NCBI GenBank assembly: GCA_039189765.1
Contig: JBCCYL010000001.1
Span: 1-64,000 of the forward strand
Reading direction: 5' to 3'
Source: Cyanobacteria bacterium P01_F01_bin.150
GTDB taxonomy: Bacteria; Cyanobacteriota; Cyanobacteriia; CAKZMO01
Length of the DNA: 64,000 nt
Shown: piece after piece, positions 19,343 through 29,038 of the stretch
How the letters are laid out: each line of letters begins with the position of its first letter
Position numbering within the stretch: the first letter of the stretch is position 1
Notes under the pieces: model-generated
The model's input: only the letters and a program-made list of their open reading frames with translations
Told to the model about the DNA's origin: nothing
Databases searched by the model: none
Position numbers and translations under genes: made by a program

Positions 19343-20047
19343 TTATTGCTGGGATTTCTCGACGGGCGGAAACTGAAGATTAGTATTGGTAGCAAGGTTG
19401 CGAAAGTTGACCAGACCATTAGCTTTTGCAACCGCCAGATAGTAATTCGGGTCTCCATAAATGTCGTATACCATCAGGGGCAGGGTATCTCCAGCAGTCA
19501 CCTTACGCCGATGGGTGACATCTGGAGACTCTTTTCCTTCTTCGCGAATGCGAAAATCTTGCTCTACATAGCTACAGAAAGTAGCGCTGACTTTTGCCCG
19601 CAGCGGCTTGCCCGTGGCATCAAACAGAGTGTAGTTAATCTGCAAGTCAGAAAGCAGACAGTCAAAGGCATTCCGATTATTAAAGGGAAAATTGCCCCAG
19701 GTAATCCTAAGATAGTTGGGCTTATGGGTGCTGTTGTTCATGACGTACGTCAAATTCAGCAGCGTTTGGACCTGGGTGGTAACGTCCTGGTGAAAGCCTC
19801 CTGGTGGTTGATTGTTGCGCACTACCCCGGTGCCATCCAAGGTAAAGTCGAGCTTTAACTCTTGGGGCGGCGTATATTTAAACTTGGGGTCCGTTTGCTG
19901 GGACCCCTGAGCCTGAGCCTTTTCATATTCCACCTTAAACGATTGGGAAAGCTGCTCTGGATTAATGGGCAGATTAAACGGCTCACCAAATTTTTGGGTC
20001 AGTTCTTTATCTTCGTAGGCGGTTAATTGAACCTTGGTTAGGGACAT
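19343..20047 (-). CDS. Tube initiator / LysM-domain protein (Afp7-like)
   Basis: PINPEQ...HKPNYLRITWG...YTLFDATGKPLRAKV and C-terminal LysM-like VTAGDTLPLMVYDIYGDPNYYLAVAKANGL. Confidence 0.88.
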   Translation of the reverse strand: MSLTKVQLTAYEDKELTQKFGEPFNLPINPEQLSQSFKVEYEKAQAQGSQQTDPKFKYTPPQELKLDFTLDGTGVVRNNQPPGGFHQDVTTQVQTLLNLTYVMNNSTHKPNYLRITWGNFPFNNRNAFDCLLSDLQINYTLFDATGKPLRAKVSATFCSYVEQDFRIREEGKESPDVTHRRKVTAGDTLPLMVYDIYGDPNYYLAVAKANGLVNFRNLATNTNLQFPPVEKSQQ

Positions 20048-20078
20048 CAGGGCTTACTCCCGTGGTGTTTAAAGTGGT

Positions 20079-20249
20079 CTATCGCTCTACTTTGTCTTTT
20101 AAGATGCTCAGGACTTGATCCACGCATTCCGCTACAATCGCGGCTGAATCGCCAGCAGAGGGGCGATCGCTTGATGCCGAAACATTGCTACTCTGACCGC
20201 CGCCAGATACCGATGTTTTAATCACCAATTCTCTAATTTCAATGGGCAT
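20079..20249 (-). CDS. Small plug-type protein (Afp6/Alg6-like, DUF5908-like)
   Basis: MPIEIRELVIK...IVAECVDQVLSILKDKVER. A GGAGG RBS precedes the ATG at 20249, which I prefer to the track start at 20261. Confidence 0.75.
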   Translation of the reverse strand: MPIEIRELVIKTSVSGGGQSSNVSASSDRPSAGDSAAIVAECVDQVLSILKDKVER

Positions 20250-20291
20250 GGACACCTCCATTCATTACGGGTTTGATGGCAGGGTTAACTA

Positions 20292-20768
20292 TTACGAGCC
20301 GATATCAAAATAGCTATAGCTCAATTCCAGAGTTTCAATGGCGATCGCACTTTGCTCCGCATTAAAGTCTGAAATCGACCATTTTTTGGGCCAAGCATTA
20401 ATCACCTTCCAGGTCATTAACGGTTCTGGTAGGACAACGGGAAGAACCGGCTCAAAGCTTTTGACATGAAGAAGACGCACCACCATATCCACCGGTTTAA
20501 ACTCAAAATTAACCAGGGCATCGGTACACCACTTAAGCATTTTAGAATCCGTTACCAAGCCTCGCTTAAGTACCAGCGAACCGTACTTAGTGCGGGTCGG
20601 CAGAATATGCTCAAAGCGATTTTCTCCCCCTTCCTTTAAGCTTTCCGTTTGCATATCTACACTCAACCCTGTGACGCTTTGAAACCGAGTTTCCACGACA
20701 TCATCACTAAAGTCTGCACCGAGGAATGCCACATCAAAGAAAAAACTAACGGGAGGATAACGAGTCAT
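20292..20768 (-). CDS. Phage T4 gp19-like tube protein (Afp5-like)
   Basis: FQSVTGLS...EGGENRFEHILP...LVLKRG...AWPKKW...IAIETLELSY. Confidence 0.9.
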   Translation of the reverse strand: MTRYPPVSFFFDVAFLGADFSDDVVETRFQSVTGLSVDMQTESLKEGGENRFEHILPTRTKYGSLVLKRGLVTDSKMLKWCTDALVNFEFKPVDMVVRLLHVKSFEPVLPVVLPEPLMTWKVINAWPKKWSISDFNAEQSAIAIETLELSYSYFDIGS

Positions 20769-20872
20769 AATGTTTGCCGTTTAGCTCTGCGAAATAACCT
20801 AAAATCCACCTTCAAAACTCCTCTGATGCCCAGTCTATGTTTGGATCAATGCTGGAGTCTCTGGCTCTTACA

Positions 20873-21304
20873 TTAACCGTTTTCGATGGTGAGACCTTCA
20901 TGAACAATTTCAATACTCTCGATCGCTACCTCATTGCCATCTCCCTTTAAATCGGTCGATTGCACCTTCGTCGGCCAGGCCCGATTCACCTTCCAGGTCA
21001 CCACTGGCTCATGACTCTCGTTCAGCAAACTAATGGTCAGGTCTCGGCGTTCAATCGTATTTAGAGCCACCGTGTTCCACCAATTATAGAAATCGTTATC
21101 TCCTTGGAAGGTGCCCCGCTTCATGGTGATATTGCTGTATTTCTGCATACCAGGCATTCTGAGCTTGTGGTATTGAGGCAAACTGCCCTCACGATATTCA
21201 ATCATTTCAGTTTCCACATCCAGGCCAGATACTTCTGTAAACCCGATCTTAGAACCGCCCCATTCCACTTGAAAATGAAACTTTGGTAATGGATACTCAG
21301 CCAT
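20873..21304 (-). CDS. Major inner tube protein (Afp1-like, gp19 family)
   Basis: YPLPKFHFQVEW...FTEVSGL..E.E.IEYREG...PG..KYSNITMKRG...AWPTK...VAIESIEIVHEG. Confidence 0.93.
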   Translation of the reverse strand: MAEYPLPKFHFQVEWGGSKIGFTEVSGLDVETEMIEYREGSLPQYHKLRMPGMQKYSNITMKRGTFQGDNDFYNWWNTVALNTIERRDLTISLLNESHEPVVTWKVNRAWPTKVQSTDLKGDGNEVAIESIEIVHEGLTIENG

Positions 21305-21371
21305 TGTTGCGCTAACCTCTTTACTCGTTGATCAATTAAAAGTTAATAAATAAAATCGACAGTCCGAAACG

Positions 21372-22850
21372 CTAGCTTTCCTGCATCTTGTGGGAGAACC
21401 GGAGAATAATAAATTCAGCAGGACGGACCACCGCCATGCCAATTTCCACAATCATGCGACCTTCCAGAATGTCCAGAGCCGTCATGGTTTCATTCAGCCC
21501 CACATTGACGTAAAACGCCTGTTCTGGCTTTGCCCCAGCCAATGCTCCTGCTCGCCATTGCAAGATTAAAAAATTCTCAATCATCGCCTTCACTCGGGTC
21601 CAAGTGTTGGCATCGTTGGGTTCAAACACAAACGCTTCTGTGGCCTTTTTAATCGATTCCTCTGCCATATTGAAGAATCGACGGACTGGAACATAGCGCC
21701 ATTCATTATCATTTCCCGCTAAGGTTCTAGCGCCCCAAATCAGAGTTCCCTTACCTGTAAACGTTCGAATCGCATTGATTGACTTACCCGCAACTGTATC
21801 CACGTTGAGGGATTCTTGTTGCTCGCTGGTAATTTTCAGAACAGGCTTGATGACATCAAGGCTAACATTAGCAGGCGCTTTCCAAACACCCCGAGTTTCA
21901 TCTACTCGTGCGTAGACGCCCACGACCGCTGGAGTGGGGGGCAGCACCACAGGCATGTCACTAATGGCGGCTTTGGCACGAGCATAGTAAGCATCCTGGT
22001 TACCCTTTAAATCCGATAACAGTCCTGTGGCAGGCCCTTCACTGGTTGCTGGAGGATTGGACGTAACCGTCAGGTTGTGAACGATGGTCACTCGCTCATC
22101 GCGATTGAGATCATCATCCCGTCCGTAACTATAGTTAAACGTGGTCTCGATATTGGGTGCATAGACCGCACCATATCTCAGATTATTAATGCCAACAGCC
22201 CTATCCCGAAAATCACTGGCTAGAGTCAGAATATTGTCGGTCTCGCCATGGGCGGGAATGGTCATGACAGCGAACCGATCCTGGAGCTTGGCACACTGAT
22301 CCAAGGCTTGGTTATGTAAACCGGCCTGATTAACAACAGTAGCCCCTTGACTCTCGGGAAATACAATCAGGGTTGGTTCATCTTCTTTTTCCAATGCCGC
22401 AAGTCCTTCAAACAGAAGCGTAGGGGGATCTGATTCCCCAGGATCAATAGCAGAACCCAGGGTCGTATAAGGACCGACTGACACGATGTAGCAAGGGCCT
22501 CCACCATTGGCAAAATAAGACTGCATACAGTAATACATCACATGTAAACTGCGATCGCCATTGAAACCAGCTCTAACCGTCAGATCCAGCACCCCTCCCT
22601 GTTCATCTTGGGTTTCATCAATGGTCACCTGAATATTTTCTTCCGGTTGTGGCTGACCAAAATACGTTTCATACTCCAACATGGAGACAATTCGCTTTGG
22701 CTTAAACCGTAAATCATCATCAACTTTTTCTTTCGCAACCTCGGTGTAGCCAATAAATGCAGGAATGGCCGTTTCAACTTGGGCAACGGATGGAGGAAAT
22801 TTAGAAATCTCCTCAATATAAACGCCAGGAGTTTTATAGGTACTGGGCAT
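21372..22850 (-). CDS. Contractile tail sheath protein (Afp2-like)
   Basis: YKTPGVYIEE, YFANGG, RGVWKAPAN, WGARTL, WRYVPVRR, FVFEPND, PAEFIILRF. Confidence 0.95.
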   Translation of the reverse strand: MPSTYKTPGVYIEEISKFPPSVAQVETAIPAFIGYTEVAKEKVDDDLRFKPKRIVSMLEYETYFGQPQPEENIQVTIDETQDEQGGVLDLTVRAGFNGDRSLHVMYYCMQSYFANGGGPCYIVSVGPYTTLGSAIDPGESDPPTLLFEGLAALEKEDEPTLIVFPESQGATVVNQAGLHNQALDQCAKLQDRFAVMTIPAHGETDNILTLASDFRDRAVGINNLRYGAVYAPNIETTFNYSYGRDDDLNRDERVTIVHNLTVTSNPPATSEGPATGLLSDLKGNQDAYYARAKAAISDMPVVLPPTPAVVGVYARVDETRGVWKAPANVSLDVIKPVLKITSEQQESLNVDTVAGKSINAIRTFTGKGTLIWGARTLAGNDNEWRYVPVRRFFNMAEESIKKATEAFVFEPNDANTWTRVKAMIENFLILQWRAGALAGAKPEQAFYVNVGLNETMTALDILEGRMIVEIGMAVVRPAEFIILRFSHKMQES

Positions 22851-22879
22851 AGGGCATTGTTAGGGGTAAATAGGACAGG

Positions 22880-24124
22880 TTAAAGATAAACATCGGAAAA
22901 AATTTGAACAATGGAACGATCTTCGTCCGTTTCAGGTTTAATTTGAGTCACGGTTGGGCTAGGCAACAGGCTATCTTGACAATCAACCAAACGCCTGTCT
23001 GGCCGCTGACGTAGTCCAATCGGACGAGTAGTAGCGTAAGTCCTATCATCAATCAGCGTAAAGTCGTCTGGCAGATTGGTAAGCGTACACCCATGGGGCC
23101 GCTGATAGCGATAGCGCCATCGAGTCGCTCGATTTTTGAAGCGAATCACATAGGTCTGAGGCTGAAGAACGGTTTGTTGATTTTGACGACGTGTGGGGGA
23201 CACCTCAGGATTAACCCGGTCGGACTCTAGAAAAATTTCCACCAGCCCCAAGGCGGTCTGAGCCTCTGGAGAATCCGCAAAAACAAACTCATCAATGACC
23301 TCCTCTTGTTGTAAAAGTTGATAGCGACCGGGGGATAGCGAGGCAAAATCCAGGCTCACTGGAAACGCATCTCCGGCAGCATGACGATCGGGAATGACTA
23401 TTTCGGTCGTAAACACAATGGTGTCGTTACCGTCTTGCACGCGCAAAGAAACAAGGTCTCCAGGATTGGCGGATGGAATCGTACCCCGCCAATAGCGGCG
23501 CTGTCGCGGCAGGCGATCGCCCTCCCCAACATACTGACTAGCAGGTAAAACAGCCCAATCATCTGGATTAGGCACCGCAGGGGCTGACTCTAATGGCCGC
23601 AATGCTTCCAGGGTGTTGCCCCCATGAGTTACGAGTTGACCCAGGCGATAACGTTCTCCAGGCCTATAGGCAGGCAACGGCTGGGAAAGGAATGTTTTAT
23701 TCCCCTGCCGATTGTTCCACTGGTTGGAGAAATAGTAGATTTGCCGACGAGCATTTGCCAGTGGCAGGTTGGTGTAGTTGGAAAAGTAGCGATCGCTCAC
23801 CATCAACCAAAAGCAAAGACGATATCCCCGGTCTACAGAAACAACAGTCTGAAAAGTTTCTGTAGACGGTCTAGTGGAACCTTCATGATCCTGTACATCC
23901 ACAAATAGATTTGCCCCAGCGGATTGGGGCCGAAAGACCCAGCGAAGATTGCGAAGACTGCGATCGCAATCCTGACTTGGAATTAGCGTAATGCGATCGA
24001 GAATGCTGTAATCACTGGGCAGAAAGGCAGGCAAAACGGATGGTTGGCCCAAATAAAAATCATGCCAGAGTTCCAGGGTTAAACCTTTTTGATAAATGAT
24101 TTTCATCGCTAAACGGCCCTTCAT
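22880..24124 (-). CDS. Putative cap-adaptor protein (Cis16B/Alg16B-like); alternative start at 24106
   Basis: Located between cap and sheath genes. LELWHDFY at the N-terminus, YVIRFKNRATRWRY, C-terminal IFSDVYL, and an internal CBM-like segment. Confidence 0.6.
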   Translation of the reverse strand: MKGRLAMKIIYQKGLTLELWHDFYLGQPSVLPAFLPSDYSILDRITLIPSQDCDRSLRNLRWVFRPQSAGANLFVDVQDHEGSTRPSTETFQTVVSVDRGYRLCFWLMVSDRYFSNYTNLPLANARRQIYYFSNQWNNRQGNKTFLSQPLPAYRPGERYRLGQLVTHGGNTLEALRPLESAPAVPNPDDWAVLPASQYVGEGDRLPRQRRYWRGTIPSANPGDLVSLRVQDGNDTIVFTTEIVIPDRHAAGDAFPVSLDFASLSPGRYQLLQQEEVIDEFVFADSPEAQTALGLVEIFLESDRVNPEVSPTRRQNQQTVLQPQTYVIRFKNRATRWRYRYQRPHGCTLTNLPDDFTLIDDRTYATTRPIGLRQRPDRRLVDCQDSLLPSPTVTQIKPETDEDRSIVQIFSDVYL

Positions 24125-24142
24125 ATCTTTCTACATTTTTCT

Positions 24143-24721
24143 CTATTCATTGATATAAACTTGGGTGATCACGTCTCCTTCGGCCCTCTGTTTTTCAGCT
24201 TCCAGAGCAATAACACGCAGACGATAAAGAACGAAGGGAACTTGTTTTCCACCTAAAGCACCCCATAGGTGATTAAGTTGTTCAAAGGTCAGACTGTAAA
24301 GGTCAGGTCGAATGGTTACTTCCCTAGAAATATTGCTAGCAACAGGTGTCTCAAAAAATGAAAGCTCCTTCTGCCATTGAAAAAACTCAATAACTCTTGA
24401 TACCAATCGAAGAGACGTTTCGTACTGGTTATGTAATGCCGAAAATAAAATAAACAAATTTAGATGAACTGGGGGATTTTTGTAGATGGTACGCCCCTCG
24501 CTGACCCGATAAGACGGAATATTTTTTAAGGTTGATTCTTCCTGAACATTAACTAGGCTCATGACCACATGGCCATTAAGCTGGTTATTCCCGCCTCCCA
24601 ACTCTTCGGCCATCGCAATATTCTCCACCAAAACAATTTGCCCCGGCCCAAGCTCTGGTTCAAATTCTAGAATATAGCTCTGCAAGTTAAGCTGAACAAG
24701 TCTGATTGCGTCGGAAATCAT
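24143..24721 (-). CDS. Cap / tail terminator protein (DUF4255, Afp16/Pvc16-like)
   Basis: SLVNVQEE...PPVHLNLFILF...LTFEQLNHLWGALGGKQVPFVLYRLR; first gene of the CIS operon. Confidence 0.88.
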   Translation of the reverse strand: MISDAIRLVQLNLQSYILEFEPELGPGQIVLVENIAMAEELGGGNNQLNGHVVMSLVNVQEESTLKNIPSYRVSEGRTIYKNPPVHLNLFILFSALHNQYETSLRLVSRVIEFFQWQKELSFFETPVASNISREVTIRPDLYSLTFEQLNHLWGALGGKQVPFVLYRLRVIALEAEKQRAEGDVITQVYINE

Positions 24722-25225
24722 AGGGCTATAAAGACTGACTTAGGTAGGGACAAAAATCAAAACCGCACAATATGGCTACCCTGCAAAAATATATAAGACT
24801 TACTGCCCTTAAATAGCAATGGCTCCTTTCGTACGACTTTTTATACAAAGCCGTAACCAATAGGAAGCCAAACCGATAGCATACTTGTTCCAACAGCAAC
24901 TAACAGCTTCCGCTGCTTTTATGCAGGATAGAAGGCTAAATAATTTGTTCGATATCTGGCAGTATCTATATCTAAAGTTCAGTCTTGCATGAAAACAGAT
25001 GACGACATCTTCTACCCAAAAAAAAGATATTTTTTTTAATATTGGAGTCTCTATTATGAATTGTTGTTATAAATAAACAAGAAGGATATAGAAAAGTAAT
25101 TCAATATGAGCGGCTTATCATTTAAGCGGGAAAATCCTCTAGCAGTTTGTCGGCGAAAAATGGGGTTACTCCCGACTTCACCAAAAGTGATTAAAAGCCC
25201 CAATAGCCTGTTAATCGACAGATGT
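24722..25225 (-). promoter_or_regulatory. AT-rich intergenic region, likely promoter of the CIS operon
   Basis: About 500 bp non-coding and clearly more AT-rich than the flanks, upstream of a tightly packed operon. No specific operator could be identified. Confidence 0.45.
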
Positions 25226-27394
25226 TTATTGACAGGCAGATATATTCCTATGGCTGTATAGACTAACACGCTTATTGTCGGCACCACTCACGATCAGAAG
25301 TCGGGAGTCTAACTGTTTGATATCAACGCTGTTCAAGCCAGTTTTTAGATGTTTGATGCGGATGCCGTCTAAATGTTTAGTTTGGCGTCTACCTTGGCGA
25401 GTCAGGGGCCACAACGTTACCTGGCCATCGTCACTTACGCTGGTCAAATAACACCCGTTTGCACTCAGTGCCACATCTCGAATCGGGCTTTCAGGGGTCG
25501 GTTGCCATTGATCAATCACACGACAGTCGTCGCCCTGATCCATACAGGATTCCACATCCCACAGCATTAATCGACCCTGATTATCGGCGGTGGCCAAGCG
25601 AAACGGCGTTTGATCCGCAGTATCTAAACCAGTAATGTAATCATCCTGGCCACCGGGGGGGTAGGGGATAGAAAACTCCTTACTCTCCACGCCGTCCTTT
25701 GCCCAAGGCCATAGGAATAATTTGTTGTAGCGCCCAGCGATCGCGACCCCCTCTTCCTCCGGTCCCACCAACGCCATATCGTAAATTGCCAAGTCTGGGA
25801 TAACGAGTTCACGCAGGGGCCGTTCATTCGCGTTGGGTAAACTGTCCTGGCCGATATACCACTGGGAGACCAGACCGCTGCCGTAGCCGCTAAACAAATG
25901 GCGCGCATCTGCGGTTGTCGCCAAGGCCATCACTCGGTCGTCCAGCTCCCGCGTTTGCCCCGTTTGATTAACCAACGTCCGCCGGGGTTGGTTAGCCCCT
26001 TTAAGCAAATCCCATAGCTGAATTTCACCATTTTCGAGGCCCACGGCAATCTGATTATTATCCACTGGACGATACTCTAGGACCCGCACCGCTTTATCAA
26101 GACGAATCGTTTTACCCTCTGGTCGTAACCTGCCCCGATTAACCCGCCAGCGACGAATGGTTTGATCGCTTGACCCACTGATCACTTGGGTGCCGAGGCC
26201 GTTTAATTGAACACTACTGACCAGTTGACGATGCTGCTGACCATAGGTGTGGACATACCAGAGCAGGGCGATCGCCCCCCCAAAGAGTAGTAAAGCTAGG
26301 AACTGTAACCAGCGGGGAAGAACAGGAACCACCGTAACCTGCACTGTTTCAGTATCATTTTTGAGATCCAAATTGGCCCGGTCAGTACTGGCTTGAATCT
26401 CAATCAGCAGTCGTTTTACCCATCCTACCCAGGGCCGCTTTACCTGGATAGTGGTCTCAACCGCTTGGATTTGGCCTGGTGCCAGTTGAACAGCATCGGG
26501 AACCAGGGTTACCTGTCCATCCAGCGGAACGTCTTCCCTATCGCGTTGCTGAAGCCAAGAGGTCCGCACCCGTAGTGTATCGGTCAGGTTGCTATGGTTA
26601 TGCAAATGGAGTTGGGTTTGAACGGAGTTTGACCGCCAATTTGGCCACCATTGCAAAGGTGAAGGAATCGTCAACGCCGTTTGTTCTACGCTTAGCTCAA
26701 AGTGTCCCAGCGGCAGTACATCTACACTTCCAGCGGCCGTTGCTTGGTTGCCATTTTCATCCGCTGCGACGATTTGAAACGGGTAGGCCCGACTGTGGCT
26801 GTGGGATAAATCCGCTGGAATCTGAGCCAGCAGAGTCGCTTCGTGCCAGCGGTTGGGTCTGAGGTTGAGATGGGTCGGGCTGTTCTCCATCAGCCAACTG
26901 TCCAAGACTGGGCATGATAACGTCAGCGGCAGCGGGTAGCGACTCGCGTTATGGATGCGAATGGGAATTTCAATCGTTTCGCCGGGATAGTCTTGGATGG
27001 TTTGGTCCAGCACCTCCAATTTAAACGGCACCGTATCAATGCCTGGTTCGACTCGCAGCCGCATCACATGCCGTTCCTCTGACTGTAATTCTGGGGAAAT
27101 AATGCGGATGGTGATATTAGCGATGCCGACAAAGCCAACTAGAGGCGTATCAAAAATATCCACGGTGTAGGTACTATGGGTTCCCACGGGCACTTTAGAT
27201 GATGTCATCGGAGTCAGGCGATACCATCGCTGCTGTGGCTGCCCCTCTTCACCCGTGACCGACAACAGCACATGGAAGCTGGCTTGGCGATCGCCATAAT
27301 TCACCACGTCCACTGCCAAACGCGCCTCGGAATATCCCGGCCTTACGGTCAGTTCAGTGGCAGATATTTGACTATGGATAACGCTAACAACCAT
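25226..27394 (-). CDS. Single-pass membrane protein: N-terminal Ig-like repeats, TM helix, C-terminal WD40 propeller
   Basis: Three beta-sandwich-like repeats (V.N.G / I.N.S / L.N.SN), TM LQFLALLLFGGAIALLWYV, then WD40 motifs (SGSSDQTIRRW, GEIQLWD, ATADNQGRLMLWD, SVSDDGQVTLW). Confidence 0.75.
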   Translation of the reverse strand: MVVSVIHSQISATELTVRPGYSEARLAVDVVNYGDRQASFHVLLSVTGEEGQPQQRWYRLTPMTSSKVPVGTHSTYTVDIFDTPLVGFVGIANITIRIISPELQSEERHVMRLRVEPGIDTVPFKLEVLDQTIQDYPGETIEIPIRIHNASRYPLPLTLSCPVLDSWLMENSPTHLNLRPNRWHEATLLAQIPADLSHSHSRAYPFQIVAADENGNQATAAGSVDVLPLGHFELSVEQTALTIPSPLQWWPNWRSNSVQTQLHLHNHSNLTDTLRVRTSWLQQRDREDVPLDGQVTLVPDAVQLAPGQIQAVETTIQVKRPWVGWVKRLLIEIQASTDRANLDLKNDTETVQVTVVPVLPRWLQFLALLLFGGAIALLWYVHTYGQQHRQLVSSVQLNGLGTQVISGSSDQTIRRWRVNRGRLRPEGKTIRLDKAVRVLEYRPVDNNQIAVGLENGEIQLWDLLKGANQPRRTLVNQTGQTRELDDRVMALATTADARHLFSGYGSGLVSQWYIGQDSLPNANERPLRELVIPDLAIYDMALVGPEEEGVAIAGRYNKLFLWPWAKDGVESKEFSIPYPPGGQDDYITGLDTADQTPFRLATADNQGRLMLWDVESCMDQGDDCRVIDQWQPTPESPIRDVALSANGCYLTSVSDDGQVTLWPLTRQGRRQTKHLDGIRIKHLKTGLNSVDIKQLDSRLLIVSGADNKRVSLYSHRNISACQ

Positions 27395-27432
27395 AACAAC
27401 TCCTTTTTAGTGCGTGATTCTAAATCACCGCC

Positions 27433-28833
27433 CTATTTAAATGTTCGAATCACTTTTGCTTTCTTTTGCAGTTTCTGAAGACTGGATAAATCTAATGAGC
27501 GACGTCCCCCAAACAAGGGAGCCTGTAGTCGCAGCGACTTGAGCTGTTCTTCCATCCCCTCCTCACGTTCTGTAATAATTTCTGCCATTTCTGAAAACAC
27601 CCCTGCAAATTGGCCAATTTCATCATCCCGATCTGTTAAATGGTTAATGGTTTTAGGCTCAAATTGCTGGGACTTTACCGCCACTGCCGCTTCATGGAGT
27701 CGTAGGATGGGCGTCACGATCCATCGAGCCACCAATCCCCCCAAACCCATCGCTCCCACTAAAACAACTCCCGCTACAATTAGCGTTGTTACGGTTTGCG
27801 CTCGTAGCGCCCCGGTAAAGTCACGGGCCGGGATGGCCACCACTACTAGCCAATCCAGCCCCAGCTCATCTCGCAATGGTCGCGCCGACATAAACACATT
27901 GTCTTTATTAACCTGCTGGCTAATCAGCATATTGTGCTGAATTAGGGACAGATCGCCATACTCATCTAAAAGCTGGTGCATTGTCCCGCTAATTAACGGT
28001 TCTGGGCTATCGAAGGCAGAGATACGGGTTATTTGTTCTGCTTGAGACACCTCTGTCGAAGTGTCTGGTGATGACTCTGGGGTGATGGTAACGGTGTCAC
28101 CAATGGAACTGGCCACAAGCATGCCGCTCTGTTCCACGATAAAAATCTCTCCGGTTTGACCAACTTCAATGCCCCGTAGAAATTCATTAATATTTCGGAT
28201 AAAGAGATCAATGCCCAACACCCCCACGAGCTGATCGTCCGGGTTGTAGATGGGGTGGGCAGCAGTGATTAGCAGCTCCTTGGCAGTAAACCCAACATAA
28301 ACATCACTCCAAACGGGCTGGTTGGCCGCGATCGCCGCCTTATACCATGTTCGTTCCCGAGGATCGTAGTTAAAGGTGTTATTGACGTCACTGGATATTT
28401 CCCCTTGGGGATTAATCTCATATTCGTACGTGCGGCCCTGAGGCATATCGTCAGCCATGACGGCAAAGCGTTGTCCCTTTTGGACACGACTACCGACAAA
28501 ATAGCCTTCAGGATTGCCAAAAAAGATATAGCTGATGGCGGTTGTGGCCTGTAGTTGACTGGAGAAAAACTTTGCCCAGTCTCGCCGTTTTTCCAGGTCT
28601 AGTTCCCCTGATTCAATGGCGCTGGCATTGATCCGATTGACCAATAGTGCCTCCTGGAGCAATCCTGTCACCTGGTCTTGAATCCGATTGGTGCTACTTT
28701 CCATCAGTCGCTCTGAGAGTTGATGCACCGAACGACGGCTGTAGACAAATGAGAAGCTGCCAATCAACCCGATGGCAATTACCAACGGGGTAACAATCAG
28801 GAGCGGAATGGTTTTACGGATGGAGAGGGACAT
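27433..28833 (-). CDS. Cache-HAMP membrane sensor without an output domain
   Basis: TM1, dCache motif YDPRERTWYKAA...WSDVY, TM2, HAMP (PILRLHEAAVAV...DEIGQFAGVFSEM), then only about 50 aa of tail. Confidence 0.8.
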   Translation of the reverse strand: MSLSIRKTIPLLIVTPLVIAIGLIGSFSFVYSRRSVHQLSERLMESSTNRIQDQVTGLLQEALLVNRINASAIESGELDLEKRRDWAKFFSSQLQATTAISYIFFGNPEGYFVGSRVQKGQRFAVMADDMPQGRTYEYEINPQGEISSDVNNTFNYDPRERTWYKAAIAANQPVWSDVYVGFTAKELLITAAHPIYNPDDQLVGVLGIDLFIRNINEFLRGIEVGQTGEIFIVEQSGMLVASSIGDTVTITPESSPDTSTEVSQAEQITRISAFDSPEPLISGTMHQLLDEYGDLSLIQHNMLISQQVNKDNVFMSARPLRDELGLDWLVVVAIPARDFTGALRAQTVTTLIVAGVVLVGAMGLGGLVARWIVTPILRLHEAAVAVKSQQFEPKTINHLTDRDDEIGQFAGVFSEMAEIITEREEGMEEQLKSLRLQAPLFGGRRSLDLSSLQKLQKKAKVIRTFK

Positions 28834-28889
28834 GGTGGGATTTGAGTTATGGAGTTATGGAGTTGAAGGAGTTAGGGCGTTAGGGCGTA

Positions 28890-29038
28890 AGATCCCAGGG
28901 TTCTTGGCGATGCTTTGGCAACTTTAAGGGGTTTTGTTAGAACCCTGGGATCTGATCACGAGTGGGGGCGTAAGATCCCAGGGTTCTTGGTCGTTATGTA
29001 AGCCCCCCCAAGGAGTCTTGGTTAGAACCCTGGGATCT
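28890..29038. repeat. Two tandem ~65-bp mini inverted-repeat elements (AGATCCCAGGGTTCT...AGAACCCTGGGATCT)
   Basis: Copies at 28890-28953 and 28973-29038 have 15-bp perfect terminal IRs and different cores; a third copy lies at 54167-54231. Confidence 0.8.

Noticed and set aside
19249..19858. ORFs 19249..19458 (-) and 19256..19858 (+)
   Set aside because: They overlap the well-supported LysM/Afp7 gene and a 12-bp repeat.
12556..24721. Prophage or type VI secretion system
   Set aside because: No capsid, terminase, portal or integrase, and no TssJLM, TssB/C pair or ClpV. DUF4255 cap plus Afp-type baseplate indicates eCIS.
25054..25287. 77-aa ORF in the AT-rich intergenic region
   Set aside because: Overlaps the WD40 gene end, has no recognisable motif, and is likely non-coding promoter DNA.
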